From assembly GCA_044224815.1 (NCBI GenBank), contig JBGAJR010000019.1:64001-128000 (forward strand): 64,000 nucleotides of DNA, in the 5' to 3' direction. A model generated the notes under the pieces. The model ran no database searches. It was given only the letters and a program-made list of their open reading frames with translations, and was not told the DNA's origin. The position numbers were made by a program, and so were the translations under genes. This DNA comes from Polyangiaceae bacterium (GTDB taxonomy: Bacteria; Myxococcota_A; Polyangia; Polyangiales; Polyangiaceae). Shown here piece after piece: positions 47,701 through 58,220 of this stretch. Position 1 is the stretch's first letter. Every line of letters starts with the position of its first letter.

Positions 47701-48258
47701 GTGGCGCGCGCGCGGCTGATCGAGCTCCTTCGCGCGCTCTCCTACCGCGAAGGCCGCGTCGTCCTCGCCTCCGGCAAGGAGAGCGATTTCTTCATCGACT
47801 GCAAGCAGACGGTGCTCACCGCCGAGGGCCACGCGCTCGTCGGTGAGACGATGCTCGATGCGCTGCTCGACGCGAGCGGCAAGCCCACCGTCGACGCGGT
47901 CGCCGGCGTCGAGCTCGGTGGCTGCCCGCTCGCGAGCGCAGTCGCGTTGACGAGCCACCTCCGCGGGCTCGCGCTCGACGCGATCTACGTGCGCAAAGAG
48001 GCCAAGGACCACGGGAGCCGTCGCCTCATCGAAGGCGGGACCCGTCTCGCTGCGGGCGCGCGCGTCGCGCTCCTCGAGGACGTGATCACCACCGGTGGCT
48101 CGACGCTCAAGGCGCTCACCAAGCTGCGCGAGGCAGGGTTCGTCGTCGATCAGGTCGTCGTGCTCGTCGATCGGCTGGAAGGCGGCCGCGAAGCGCTCGA
48201 GGGCGCGGGCCTCGAGGTCCACGCGATCACGACCCGCACCGACATCATGGGCCGTTGA
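47701..48258 (+). CDS. pyrE: Orotate phosphoribosyltransferase
   Basis: PRPP-binding motif VALLEDVITTGGS. N-terminal LIELL...ASGKESDFFID. GTG start. Confidence 0.85.
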   Translation: MARARLIELLRALSYREGRVVLASGKESDFFIDCKQTVLTAEGHALVGETMLDALLDASGKPTVDAVAGVELGGCPLASAVALTSHLRGLALDAIYVRKEAKDHGSRRLIEGGTRLAAGARVALLEDVITTGGSTLKALTKLREAGFVVDQVVVLVDRLEGGREALEGAGLEVHAITTRTDIMGR

Positions 48259-48282
48259 AGCGCGAAGCGGGGGCGGACGCGC

Positions 48283-49137
48283 TCAGTACGGCGAGCGCAG
48301 TCGAACCGGCATCGAGCGAATCATGCGCGGGCCGCTCGGACGCGGCGCGGAGGCGTGGGGCGTCGTCTTCGGGCGCGCCGGCTCCGCGGGCGCAGCGACC
48401 GCGGGCGCAGCGACCGTGGCCACGGGCGCGACGCTGATCTCGGTCTCGATCGGGGCGGGCGCGGCCGGAGGTGCCGTGACCGTCGCGACCGCCACCTCGG
48501 CGGTGGCGGCCGGGATCGGCTCGTCGGCCGTCGCGAGATGAATCCGGGCGGCGAGCGTGGCGGCGAGGTCGGTCGTGGAGAACGCGAGGCCGAGAAGGAC
48601 GATGACCGCACCCACGCCAAGCGACATCGCGGTGGATACGCGAACGCGCAGGCCGGCTCGCTCGACGCTGATCGTCGCTTCGCGGCGGCTCAAGAGATCG
48701 GTCCGCGTCTCGTTCGCGGGCGGCGTGATGTCGATCGCGCGAATCTCGTGGAGCGAGGCCATCCGCCCTTCGGGGGTCGGATCGGAGAGCATGTCCCGGA
48801 GGGAGACGGCGGGGATGATGAGCCGAGCTCCCGACGCGTCGGCGCTCGCGGCGGGCATGTCGTTCGGTGCGAGCGACGAGACCGGCGCAGAGCTCGAAGC
48901 CGGCGACGGGCCTTCAGCCGCCATTCGCTCGAGGCGCGCCTTCGGGACCACCGTGCGCACCGACTCCGGACCCACCTCGTCGGAGCTCGGCGCGCTCCCG
49001 AGATCACCCGACGGCCGGCTGAACGGAACCGTCGCCGTGTCGGTGCTGGTGATGGTCGAAGCGGCAATCATGGCGGAGGAGACACCTTGGGTGTCCACCT
49101 GCGTCACGCAGGTTGCGTGCCTCCATCGAACCGCCAA
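48283..49137 (-). CDS. Hypothetical membrane protein (low confidence)
   Basis: Ala/Pro/Thr-rich ORF with one TM segment (AMSLGVGAVIVLLGLAF). It may be a GC-frame artifact. Confidence 0.3.
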   Translation of the reverse strand: MAVRWRHATCVTQVDTQGVSSAMIAASTITSTDTATVPFSRPSGDLGSAPSSDEVGPESVRTVVPKARLERMAAEGPSPASSSAPVSSLAPNDMPAASADASGARLIIPAVSLRDMLSDPTPEGRMASLHEIRAIDITPPANETRTDLLSRREATISVERAGLRVRVSTAMSLGVGAVIVLLGLAFSTTDLAATLAARIHLATADEPIPAATAEVAVATVTAPPAAPAPIETEISVAPVATVAAPAVAAPAEPARPKTTPHASAPRPSGPRMIRSMPVRLRSPY

Positions 49138-49325
49138 ATCGCCGCGTTTCTCGGCCCCGTCGTGCGGGGCTGGATCGCCCGCGAACCAGCGTGGTCGATC
49201 CAGGCGCCGAGGTGGGTCGATCCCGTGAAAAATCCTCGGAGACCGCCCACGGCGGGCCGGTTACACTTTCCCCGCTGCCGAAGGTTCAGGCGGCGCGCGG
49301 GTGGGGGAGTCCGAGAGAGGTCAAC

Positions 49326-50171
49326 GTGTCCGAGCTTCGTTGGATCGACGTGCTGAGCGACTCGACGGGCGAGACGGCCGAGAAGGTCGTCCGCGCCGCG
49401 ATGCTGCAGTTCCCCCACTCGGGCGCGCAGCTGCGCCTCCACACGCGCGTGCGCACGCCGGACCAAGCGAAGCCCGTCCTCGAACGCGCCGCGCGTGATG
49501 GCGCCCTCGTCGTCTTCACCGTCGTGAGCCCCGAGCTCCGCGAGTTCGTCTACCTGACGAGCAAAGACCTCCGCATCGAGGCGCTCGACCTCATCGGCTC
49601 GCTCATCGGCAAGCTGGCCACGTTCCTCGACCGGCAACCGATCAACATGCCGAGCGGGATGATGCCGCTCTCCGACGAGTACTTCCGCCGCATCGAGGCC
49701 GTGGAGTTCACGGTCAAGAGCGACGACGGCAAGGAGCCGCGCAACTTCAAGAAGGCGGACCTGGTGCTCGTCGGCGTGAGCCGCACGTCGAAGACGCCGC
49801 TCTCGACGATCCTCGCGCAGCGTGGCCTCAAGGTCGCGAACCTGCCGATCGTGCTCGGCATCGCCACGCCGCCCGAGCTCGAAGAGACGCCGCAAAACCG
49901 CATCGTCGGCCTCACCATCGAGCTCGACAAGCTGGTCGAGATTCGCAAAGCGCGCCTGAAGCAGCTCGGAATGCCAGTGGACGCGAGCTACGGCCTACGC
50001 GATCAGGTGAAAGAAGAGCTCGACTACGCACGCGAGATCTTCCGCGCCCACCCGGAGTGGCCGGTGATCGACGTGACCGGTCGCGCGATCGAAGAGACCG
50101 CGGTCATCATCCTCGAAGCGCTCAAGAGCCACGACGAAGCGGCCAAGGCGACGCGAGCGTCGCTCGTCTGA
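49326..50171 (+). CDS. Putative PEP synthetase / pyruvate,phosphate dikinase regulatory protein (PSRP, DUF299 kinase/pyrophosphorylase)
   Basis: P-loop-like motif LVGVSRTSKTPLS. About 281 aa from the GTG start. No ppsA or ppdK in the window. Confidence 0.7.
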   Translation: MSELRWIDVLSDSTGETAEKVVRAAMLQFPHSGAQLRLHTRVRTPDQAKPVLERAARDGALVVFTVVSPELREFVYLTSKDLRIEALDLIGSLIGKLATFLDRQPINMPSGMMPLSDEYFRRIEAVEFTVKSDDGKEPRNFKKADLVLVGVSRTSKTPLSTILAQRGLKVANLPIVLGIATPPELEETPQNRIVGLTIELDKLVEIRKARLKQLGMPVDASYGLRDQVKEELDYAREIFRAHPEWPVIDVTGRAIEETAVIILEALKSHDEAAKATRASLV

Positions 50172-50181
50172 GAAGGCTCGC

Positions 50182-53100
50182 GTGAGCGCCTCCGTCACCA
50201 CGCGCGTCCAAGAGATCATCGAGCGCGGGGCCGGACGGAGCCTGGTCGACCTCGCGTGGGAGCACACGAGCGAGCCGCACCTCGTGCGCGAGCTCTACGC
50301 GGCGCTGAGACGCCGCGAGCCCAAGACCGCGCTCGAGTCGCTGCGCGTGCGTTTCCTCGAAGAAGAGCACTATCGGCGCGACGGCAAGGTCTTCCGCCGC
50401 GAGATGTACGAGACCATCGAGGCGTTGGGCGACACCGGCGTGCGGTGGCTTCCGTACTTCGTCGCGCACGCCGACCTCGCAGCGTTCTCGATGGTGCTCG
50501 GTCGGCTCGGCGACGCGCGCGCCATCCCCGCGCTCATGGACCGCCTCGCCGTCGCCAAAGGGCCGCTTCTCGCCGCGGTGGTCGATGCCCTCGGCTGGCT
50601 GCGCGCGGGCTCTGCGGTGGACGCGCTGATCGACATCGCGCACTCGGCATTGCCCGACGACGAGCGCGATCGCGTGGGCCATCGACGCGTCGTCGCCAAC
50701 GCGTGCCTCGCGCTGGGGCGCATCGGTGATCCGCGCGCGATGGCGAGCCTCGTCGAGATCGTCGAGGATCCGCCGCCGGAGATGGAGAGCGTGGTGCCGC
50801 GCGCGATCGTCGCGCTCGGTTGGCTGGGAGAAGGCGTGGCGGCGCACGCGCTCTTGCCGCTGCTCGAAGGGCGCTACCGCAACGTCGCCATGTACGCGCT
50901 GACGCGCATCGCCGATCGCGCGAGCGCGTCGCACGTCGAGGCCGCCTTCGCGCGCGTCTCGGGGCCACCCGAGCAGGTGGTCTATCCGCGGCTGATGCTC
51001 GAGGCGCTCCGGTCGCGTCTCGGTCGCTCCGTCGACGTCACCGTCGCGCAATACGCGCTCAGCGTCATCATGGCCAATCGCTTCGAGGCCGCCGAGCTCC
51101 ACGAGACCGCGCTCCGCATCCTCGCCGTGCACGGTCGCCCCGCGGAGCTCGTGCCGCTCGCGCGTCGCTTCCTCGACGCCGAGCACCCGCGCGTCCGCGC
51201 GGCCGCGGTGGGCGCGATCTCCAGCGCCGGCGTGGTCGCGTCACCGTCGTGGCTCGACCGCCCGCGCACACTCGAGGTTTATCGGCGCGAAGGCGTGCGC
51301 GGCCTCGCGGGCGCGCTCGCCGATCCCGACGCCGTTTTTCGCCACAACGTCGTGCGCAAGGCCGCCGAAGAGGGATGTGGCGCCGAGCTCGAAGGCCCCG
51401 CGCTCGCAGCCGTTCGCGGCATGGTCGCGTTCCCGCACTACTCCGAGCCGGCGGTCGTCGATCGGCCCGAGAGCACCTTCGACGCGCTGGAAGCGCTGGC
51501 GCGCTTCCATACGCTCGCGACCGATCAGTTCCTCTCGACCCTCCTCGATCATCCGAACGCCGTCGTTCGCGCGATGGTCACCGAGATCGCCAAGATCGAC
51601 ATCTATGGCGCTTCCGAGTACCTGCGACACGCCCTTCGCGCGCGCATCGAAGCGCGCGGCGCGCCGCGACCGACCTTGCCCGTCTCGCGGCTCGGCGGTG
51701 GGCCGTGGGTCTTCGGACCGCCCGTGCGCGCTCTGGCCGTCGAGCGCGCCGGAACACGCGTCGCCGCGTTGGGTGACGAGCGCATCGCGTTCTTCGACGC
51801 GGACGGCACGCTGGTGGCGATGCACGACGGCTTCGCGCAAGCGGTGACCGTGGTGTTCGACCGCCCCGGCGAACGCGCCGCCGTAGTGACCCGGGGCGGG
51901 CAGGCGGTCGTGTTCCAGGGCCGCTCCGGGGAGTTTTCGTCGATGGTCGCCGTGGAGGGGGCGGCGCAGGTGACGGCCGCGGTCGTCTCCAGCGACGGTC
52001 ACGTCATCGTCGGCACCAAAGGCGGGCGGCTCGTGAAGGCTGCGTTCCCGATCGACAGCAAAGCGTCGCGGGCGCCGGTCGTCGTCGCGCACGCCTCGCA
52101 CGCCGTCGCCTGGCAGCGCCGCGCTCCGGGGCCCGTGATCGCGATGGCGCTTCATCCGGAGCTGCCTCGCGTGCTCGTCGCGACCAAGGATCGCGTGACC
52201 GCGTTCGACGAGCGCGATGGAGCGGTGCACGGTCGCACGCCGACGTCGAAGTCGACCCTCGTGGACGTCGTGATCCACGGCTTCACCAACGCGGTCTCCG
52301 TGCTCAGCAAGACCGAGCTCCTCGTCCTCGACGCGACCACGCTCGCGCCGCGCGTCCGCGTGCCGGTTCGCGCGGGTGTGCGCGCGGCGTTTACGCGCGA
52401 CGGCGACGCCGTGATCGTGGCGACGGGCGGGAAGCGCCCGGGGCTCGCGCGGGTCGTGCTCGCGACACGAAAGGCGACGCCGTTCGCGCGGGATCCGGGC
52501 GTGATTCACGCGCTGGTCGTCGATCCGGTGAGTGGATTCCTCATGACCGGTGGCGACGGCGTGCGCGTCGACCTATGGGATCTCGACGGTGGTCGGAGCT
52601 CCTTGCCCATCGCGCAGCACGAGGGGCCGGTCGTCGCCGTCGTGGCCGATCCGAGCCGCGATCGCGCCTTCTCGTGCGGTGCGGATGGCCTCGTGCTCCA
52701 GTGGGACATCGCCACCCGCGAGATCGTGGCCGGGTGGCGCTTGCCGCCGCGCACCATGCCGATCGGTGCGGCGCTCGGCGCGAGCGGCCGGTCGATGCTC
52801 GTCCTCACGTCACGCGCGCTCGCGGCGCTCGATCTCGTCACTGGCGCCGTGGTGTGGCGACGTCCAGTCACCGCGCCGACCTCGATCGTCGCCGACGGCG
52901 GCACCGCGCGCGTGCTCACCGGTCGCGGCACGTTGATTGTCGACGAAGACGCCCAGCGGCTGGAGCGGCTCGCGCCGAGTCTCAAAGCCGGGCTCCTCGC
53001 GACCGTCGACGACGATCGATCGGCGGTCGTTCATGCGGCGCGCGTCACCACGTTCGTGACGCGCTCGGGCGCCGTCGAGACGCGACTCACGCACAAGCGT

Positions 53101-53430
53101 GGTGACCCGGTGCTCGCTGCGGGCGGCGACGAAGTGGGGCTCGTCGTGGTCACGGATCGTCGCTGGCTCGCGCGCTTCGTGGGTCGCCCGCTCGAGGCGG
53201 CCGAGGCGGTTCGCCTCGACGCGAACGCCACTGCGCTCGCGGTGAGCCCGGCCACGGCGCGCGTGGCCGTCGCGATGGGGCGTGAGGTGATCGTCTTGGA
53301 GGCCGACCTTCGCGAGCGCGCGCGCGTGCGCCTCGAGCATCCCGTGTCGGCCATGGCCTTCGCCGACGGCCGCCTCCTCGTGTGCGGCGGCCAAGGCGGA
53401 GAGGTGTCGCTCGTCGAGACCGACCGCTGA
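50182..53430 (+). CDS. Large HEAT-repeat (PBS-lyase type) protein with a C-terminal beta-propeller
   Basis: About 480 aa of HEAT-like repeats (e.g. RAIPALMDRLA, DALGWLRAGSAVDAL, LALGRIGDPRAMASL). The rest is beta-rich repetitive sequence. Confidence 0.65.
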   Translation: MSASVTTRVQEIIERGAGRSLVDLAWEHTSEPHLVRELYAALRRREPKTALESLRVRFLEEEHYRRDGKVFRREMYETIEALGDTGVRWLPYFVAHADLAAFSMVLGRLGDARAIPALMDRLAVAKGPLLAAVVDALGWLRAGSAVDALIDIAHSALPDDERDRVGHRRVVANACLALGRIGDPRAMASLVEIVEDPPPEMESVVPRAIVALGWLGEGVAAHALLPLLEGRYRNVAMYALTRIADRASASHVEAAFARVSGPPEQVVYPRLMLEALRSRLGRSVDVTVAQYALSVIMANRFEAAELHETALRILAVHGRPAELVPLARRFLDAEHPRVRAAAVGAISSAGVVASPSWLDRPRTLEVYRREGVRGLAGALADPDAVFRHNVVRKAAEEGCGAELEGPALAAVRGMVAFPHYSEPAVVDRPESTFDALEALARFHTLATDQFLSTLLDHPNAVVRAMVTEIAKIDIYGASEYLRHALRARIEARGAPRPTLPVSRLGGGPWVFGPPVRALAVERAGTRVAALGDERIAFFDADGTLVAMHDGFAQAVTVVFDRPGERAAVVTRGGQAVVFQGRSGEFSSMVAVEGAAQVTAAVVSSDGHVIVGTKGGRLVKAAFPIDSKASRAPVVVAHASHAVAWQRRAPGPVIAMALHPELPRVLVATKDRVTAFDERDGAVHGRTPTSKSTLVDVVIHGFTNAVSVLSKTELLVLDATTLAPRVRVPVRAGVRAAFTRDGDAVIVATGGKRPGLARVVLATRKATPFARDPGVIHALVVDPVSGFLMTGGDGVRVDLWDLDGGRSSLPIAQHEGPVVAVVADPSRDRAFSCGADGLVLQWDIATREIVAGWRLPPRTMPIGAALGASGRSMLVLTSRALAALDLVTGAVVWRRPVTAPTSIVADGGTARVLTGRGTLIVDEDAQRLERLAPSLKAGLLATVDDDRSAVVHAARVTTFVTRSGAVETRLTHKRGDPVLAAGGDEVGLVVVTDRRWLARFVGRPLEAAEAVRLDANATALAVSPATARVAVAMGREVIVLEADLRERARVRLEHPVSAMAFADGRLLVCGGQGGEVSLVETDR

Positions 53431-53452
53431 GACCGCGCGCGCCGCTGTGCCG

Positions 53453-54005
53453 TCACTCGCTCTGCTTGTCTTTGTCGCGCGAGAGGATGTTTTGGAGCCG
53501 CTGGCGGCTGATGCCGAGGAGGCCTGCGGCCTGCGCCTTGTTGCCGTGTGTGCGGGCGAGCGCCTCGAACACCATCGATCGGCGCACCGCATCGAGCACG
53601 TCCGGCAGCGCCCAATCGCCCACGACGCGGCGGACGACGACGTCGATCTCGAGCGGGCTCGGCGCGCTCAACCCTTCGACGAGCTCCAAGAGCTCGGTGG
53701 GTGTGAACGGCTTCGCCAAGAACGCGGCCACGCCGGCCTTGCCGAGCTCGAGCCCATCGCTCGCCTCGGCGTAGCCGCTCACGGCGATGACGGGCGGCGC
53801 CGGACGGAGACCCGCGGCCGCGCGCGCCACCTCGACGCCGCTCTCACCGTCCGCGAGGCTGACGTCGGTGATCACGAGGTCGACACCGCCGTCGGTGAGC
53901 GCGCGCCGCGCCTCGGCGACGGTGCCCACCGCGATGATCTCCACCTGGAGGCTGGCGAGCATTCGGCCCAGCGACGCGCGCATCAGCGGCTCGTCTTCGA
54001 CCACC
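53453..54005 (-). CDS. Response regulator with a receiver domain and a Fis-type HTH
   Basis: ILVVEDE, LVITDVSL, and C-terminal GNKAQAAGLLGISRQRLQNIL. GTG start inferred. Confidence 0.75.
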
Positions 54006-54183
54006 AGAATCTTGCGAAAGGCCACGCCGTTACCTCGCCGTGCGTTGGAGCCGCCCGCGGACCATTTTATTGCCGGACTTCGCCGCCATCGTCGACGCAA
54101 CAATTTTTGCGCCTCGGCGGGGCAGCCCGCCATTTAGTCCGCGAGTTCCAGGGGGCCGAGTGGCCCGACCGGTGGGGCTGCCG

Positions 54184-54770
54184 TCAGCAGCCGCACATGG
54201 CGATGCAGCCCGGAGCCCCGGCGCACTCCGACGCACACTGCTTGTCACAGTTCGGATGCGTGGCCGTGCTCGCGGTCGCGGGCGCGCCGCCGCCGGTGCA
54301 ACGTCCTTCGCCGATCTGGGTGCACACCGTCGTCTCGTTCTGCGCCGCGAGGAGCTTCTTAACGTCGTCGCACGTCTTGGCGACGCCGAGCGGGCAGAGC
54401 GAGGTTTGGCACGCGCACTCGAGGTCGAGGACCGTCCCGCCGGGCCGAAAACCGCAGTTCGGAAAGACGTCGTGGTCGACCGCCAAGCCCGGACACGTGG
54501 AAATCCCCGTGCACAGCGTGGCGCCGGTCTGTCCCTCGGTGATGCAGTCGACGCCCTTCGCGCCCGCGTCTGCGCCGCCTGCCGTCGACGCGCTCGACGA
54601 GGAGCCCGACGACCCCGTGCCGCCGTCGGTCCCGGTGCCGCCGAGCGACGGAAACGATCCGCACCCGAAGAGCACCACGAGCCCGGCGAGGTACGCCGCG
54701 GCACGGGCACCGAGCGTGAGGTGACGGGACGAGGGCGGGGCGTTCGGGCAGGGGACCACGCTCTCACCCT
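54184..54770 (-). CDS. Small cysteine-rich lipoprotein (low confidence)
   Basis: Lipobox VVLFGC. Many Cys in about 180 aa. Non-ATG start inferred. Competing frames exist in this region. Confidence 0.35.
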
Positions 54771-54834
54771 GGCCAAGGCGGCCGGCGACGGCCAACTTCT
54801 CGGCGTGCCACAGAGCGGCTACGGTTCCCGCATC

Positions 54835-55683
54835 ATGGAAAGCTCGGCGAGCGGCCTCACGATTGGATTCATGGGCGGCGGCAACATGGCTGCGGCGCTC
54901 ATCAAGGGCATGCTCCACGCGAAGGTGGTCGCGCCCGAGAACGTCATCGTGAGCGACGTGAAGAAGGAGCGCCTCGAGCAGCTCCACCGCGCGCACGGCG
55001 TTCGTGTCACCACCGACAACCACGCGCTCGTACGCGATCTCGACGTGCTCGTCGTGTCGGTGAAGCCGCAGGTCGTCGACAAGGCACTCGGGGCGATCGG
55101 AAAAGAAGTCGCGCCGAAGACGCTCGTCGTGTCGGTGGCCGCGGGCGTGCCCATCGAGGCGCTCGAGTCGCGCCTCCCGAGCGGCGCGCGCGTCATCCGG
55201 ACGATGCCGAACACTCCGGCGACGGTGCTTGCGGGCGCGACCGCAGTCTCGGCCGGCGCACACGCCACCGAGGCCGACGTCGCGCTCGCGACGCGGCTCT
55301 TCGACGCGGTGGGCAAGACCGTCGTCCTCGACGAAAACCTCCTCGACGCCGTGACCGGGCTCTCGGGCTCGGGGCCGGCCTACGTGATGCTCATCATCGA
55401 GGCGCTCGCCGACGGCGGGGTGAAGATGGGCCTGCACCGCGACACCGCGCTCACGTTGGCCGCGCAGACGGTGTTCGGCTCGGCCAAACTCCTCCTCGAG
55501 ACTGGCGAGCATCCCGGACGATTGAAAGACATGGTGACGAGCCCGGGCGGGACGGCGATCGCCGGGCTTCACACACTCGAGTCGGGGGCGCTTCGCAAGA
55601 CGCTCATCGACGCGGTCGAGAGCGCGAGCACGCGCGCGGCCGAGCTCGGCGCGCAAATGGCAGAGAAGATGCGCGCCCGTTGA
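54835..55683 (+). CDS. proC: Pyrroline-5-carboxylate reductase
   Basis: Rossmann motif IGFMGGGNMAAALIKG. P5CR C-terminal dimerisation domain (SGSGPAYVMLIIEALADGGV, MVTSPGGTAIAGL). Confidence 0.9.
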   Translation: MESSASGLTIGFMGGGNMAAALIKGMLHAKVVAPENVIVSDVKKERLEQLHRAHGVRVTTDNHALVRDLDVLVVSVKPQVVDKALGAIGKEVAPKTLVVSVAAGVPIEALESRLPSGARVIRTMPNTPATVLAGATAVSAGAHATEADVALATRLFDAVGKTVVLDENLLDAVTGLSGSGPAYVMLIIEALADGGVKMGLHRDTALTLAAQTVFGSAKLLLETGEHPGRLKDMVTSPGGTAIAGLHTLESGALRKTLIDAVESASTRAAELGAQMAEKMRAR

Positions 55684-55730
55684 CTTACGAAGCTCGCGCC
55701 AAGGCGCGAGCGGGGAAGGGAAGAAGCACG

Positions 55731-57521
55731 ATGGAAAAGAAGACCGTGATGCAGGTGTTCGAGGCGTGTGCGCGAGCGCACGGCGCGCGTCCGGCGCTCG
55801 CCGAGAAGCGTGGCGGGAGCTACCGGACGATTTCGTGGCGCGAGTACCACGAGACCGTTCGTCTCTGCGCGCGCGGCTTCATGAAGCTCGGGCTCGATGC
55901 CAAGCAAGGCGTCTCGATCATCGGCTTCAACTGCAAGGAGTGGGTCATCGCCGACCTCGCGGCCATCTTCGCGGGCGGCTTCCCGGCCGGCATCTACACG
56001 ACGAGCAGCGCCGACCAGTGTCAGTACATCGCCGACCACTCGGATTCGAGCGTCGTCGTCGTGGAGGACGAGGCGCAGCTCAAGAAGTTCTTGTCGGTTC
56101 GGGACCGGCTGCCCAAGGCGAAGGCGTTCGTCCTCATGCACGGCGCGGTGCCCAAGGACGCCGGGCCCGGCGTTCATTCGTGGGACGAGGTGCTCGAGCT
56201 CGGGAAGGGCGTTCCCGAGGCCGATCTCGACGCCCGCATCGCCGCGCAGAAGCCCGACGACGTGTGCACGCTCATCTACACGTCGGGCACGACGGGCGAT
56301 CCCAAGGCCGTCATGATCAGCCACGACAACATCGTGTTCGTGTCCGAGACGGTGAGGTCGCTCGTCGACTTCACGCACGAGCGCTTCCTGAGCTATCTGC
56401 CGCTCAGTCACATTGCGGAGCAGGTGGTGTGCGTCCACGGCCCGCTCGCGTGTGCAGGATGCACGTATTTCGCGGAGAGCATGGAGAAGCTTCCGGAGAA
56501 CCTCCGCGAAGTGCGCCCCACCATCTTCCTCGGCGTCCCGCGCGTCTGGGAGAAGATCCAGGCCAAGATGGTGGAGGCGGGGCAGAAGAACCCGCCGCTC
56601 CGAAAGAAGATCGCCGCTTGGGCGCGTGCCCAAGGCCTTGCCGGCGGCTACGCCGATCAGCGCAAGGAGTCGCGCCCGCTCCTTTATCCGATCGCCGACA
56701 AGATCGTCTTCCAGAAGGTGCGCGCGGCGCTCGGCCTCGATCAGTGCCGGTTCGCGGTGACTTCGGCGGCGCCCATCTCCAAGGCGACGCTCGAGTTCTT
56801 CTTGAGCCTGGGCATCCCGATCATGGAGGTCTATGGCATGAGCGAGTGCACGGGCCCGGCCACGCTGTCGCTCCCGGACCGCTACAAGACCGGCTCGGTG
56901 GGCTTCATCTTGCCGGAGGCCGAGCTCAAAGTGGCCGAGGACGGCGAGATCTGCATGCGCGGCCGTCACGTCTTCAAGGGCTACTACAAGAACCCGGACG
57001 CGACGGCCGAGGCGCTCGACAAAGACGGCTGGCTCCACTCCGGCGACATCGGCGAGATCGACTCGGCGGGCTTCGTGCGCATCACCGATCGCAAGAAGGA
57101 CCTCCTCATCACCGCCGGCGGCGAGAACATCGCGCCGCAAGTGATCGAAGGGAAGCTGCGCGACATCTCGGTGGTCGCGCACGCGGTGGTGGTCGGCGAT
57201 CGCGAGAAGCACCTCGCAGCGCTCCTCACCATCGACGCGACCAAGCTCGACGAGGCCAAGGCCGCCTCGGGCTCCACGGCCGCGTCGCTCGTCGAGGCGG
57301 CCGAGTGCAAGAAGCTCCACGACTGGCTGATGAAGGAGGTCGAGGCGATGAACCGCGATCTCGCGCGCGTGCAGACGATCAAGAAGATCAAGATCCTCCC
57401 CGGCGAGCTCACCATCGAGGGCGGCGAGCTCACGCCGACCATGAAGATCAAGCGGAAGGTCGTCTACAAGAAGTACGAGGCCGAGATTCGCGCGTTCTAC
57501 GCGGGTGACTCCGGCGCCTGA
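55731..57521 (+). CDS. Long-chain acyl-CoA synthetase (AMP-dependent synthetase/ligase)
   Basis: AMP-binding motif LIYTSGTTGDPKAV. Adenylation-core motifs YGMSE and SGDIGEID. C-terminal IKRKV (A10 Lys). Confidence 0.85.
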   Translation: MEKKTVMQVFEACARAHGARPALAEKRGGSYRTISWREYHETVRLCARGFMKLGLDAKQGVSIIGFNCKEWVIADLAAIFAGGFPAGIYTTSSADQCQYIADHSDSSVVVVEDEAQLKKFLSVRDRLPKAKAFVLMHGAVPKDAGPGVHSWDEVLELGKGVPEADLDARIAAQKPDDVCTLIYTSGTTGDPKAVMISHDNIVFVSETVRSLVDFTHERFLSYLPLSHIAEQVVCVHGPLACAGCTYFAESMEKLPENLREVRPTIFLGVPRVWEKIQAKMVEAGQKNPPLRKKIAAWARAQGLAGGYADQRKESRPLLYPIADKIVFQKVRAALGLDQCRFAVTSAAPISKATLEFFLSLGIPIMEVYGMSECTGPATLSLPDRYKTGSVGFILPEAELKVAEDGEICMRGRHVFKGYYKNPDATAEALDKDGWLHSGDIGEIDSAGFVRITDRKKDLLITAGGENIAPQVIEGKLRDISVVAHAVVVGDREKHLAALLTIDATKLDEAKAASGSTAASLVEAAECKKLHDWLMKEVEAMNRDLARVQTIKKIKILPGELTIEGGELTPTMKIKRKVVYKKYEAEIRAFYAGDSGA

Positions 57522-57524
57522 AGA

Positions 57525-58220
57525 TCACTGGCACGACGACAAGAACATCAGATCGACGGTCCGTGTCGCGGTGGCGAGGACCGACAGCGTCCCGCGGCAG
57601 CCGCTGACCGTGAACGGCGCCGTGTCCTGCGCGCTCGCCCAGGGCACGACGCCGTCGTAGACGGTGGCTCCATTGTCGGTCACCGACAGCGTGAGACCGA
57701 CCTGATCGCTGTGCTTGATGGTGACCCGACGCTCCGTGCCGGCGACCTTGCCCGTGACGGGATACGTGCCCGTGTAGAGATCCGAGCGGAACGACAACAT
57801 CGCGTCGACGTCCACCCGCGGCGCACCGTAGATCATCGACGAGGCCTTGCCGGTAACGTGAAACGCGTGCGGCCCCACGCGCTCGAGCTTCAGCTCGGTC
57901 TGCACGCGCGGGTCCTCCACGGCCAGCAGCGAGCCACCCATGAGGCCGGCCTTCTTCGCGACGCCTTCGCCGTGCATGGCCTGCAGCGCGAAGCTGATGG
58001 TGACTTTGCCGCCGTCCTTCTTCACGAACATGAGGAGGTCGTGCGCGGCCGTGTCGTAATGACCGGGCTCGATCGTCGAGAGGAGGTCTTCTCCGCCGCC
58101 GAGCGCGAGCGCGCCCTCGTCACCGCCTCCGGGATCGTCGTCGCTCGTCCCAGGTTGCCCCGAGCATGCGATTGTCGAGGTGAGGAAGAAGAGCGACAGG
58201 AGAGCGACCGCACGCGTCAT
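57525..58220 (-). CDS. Hypothetical lipoprotein
   Basis: Internal start MTRAVALLSLFFLTSTIAC (lipobox). 231 aa. Confidence 0.5.
   Translation of the reverse strand: MTRAVALLSLFFLTSTIACSGQPGTSDDDPGGGDEGALALGGGEDLLSTIEPGHYDTAAHDLLMFVKKDGGKVTISFALQAMHGEGVAKKAGLMGGSLLAVEDPRVQTELKLERVGPHAFHVTGKASSMIYGAPRVDVDAMLSFRSDLYTGTYPVTGKVAGTERRVTIKHSDQVGLTLSVTDNGATVYDGVVPWASAQDTAPFTVSGCRGTLSVLATATRTVDLMFLSSCQ

Noticed and set aside
55766-57508. 580-aa plus-strand ORF in an alternative frame of the acyl-CoA synthetase
   Set aside because: Same strand but the wrong frame. Only the 55731..57521 frame contains the AMP-binding motifs.
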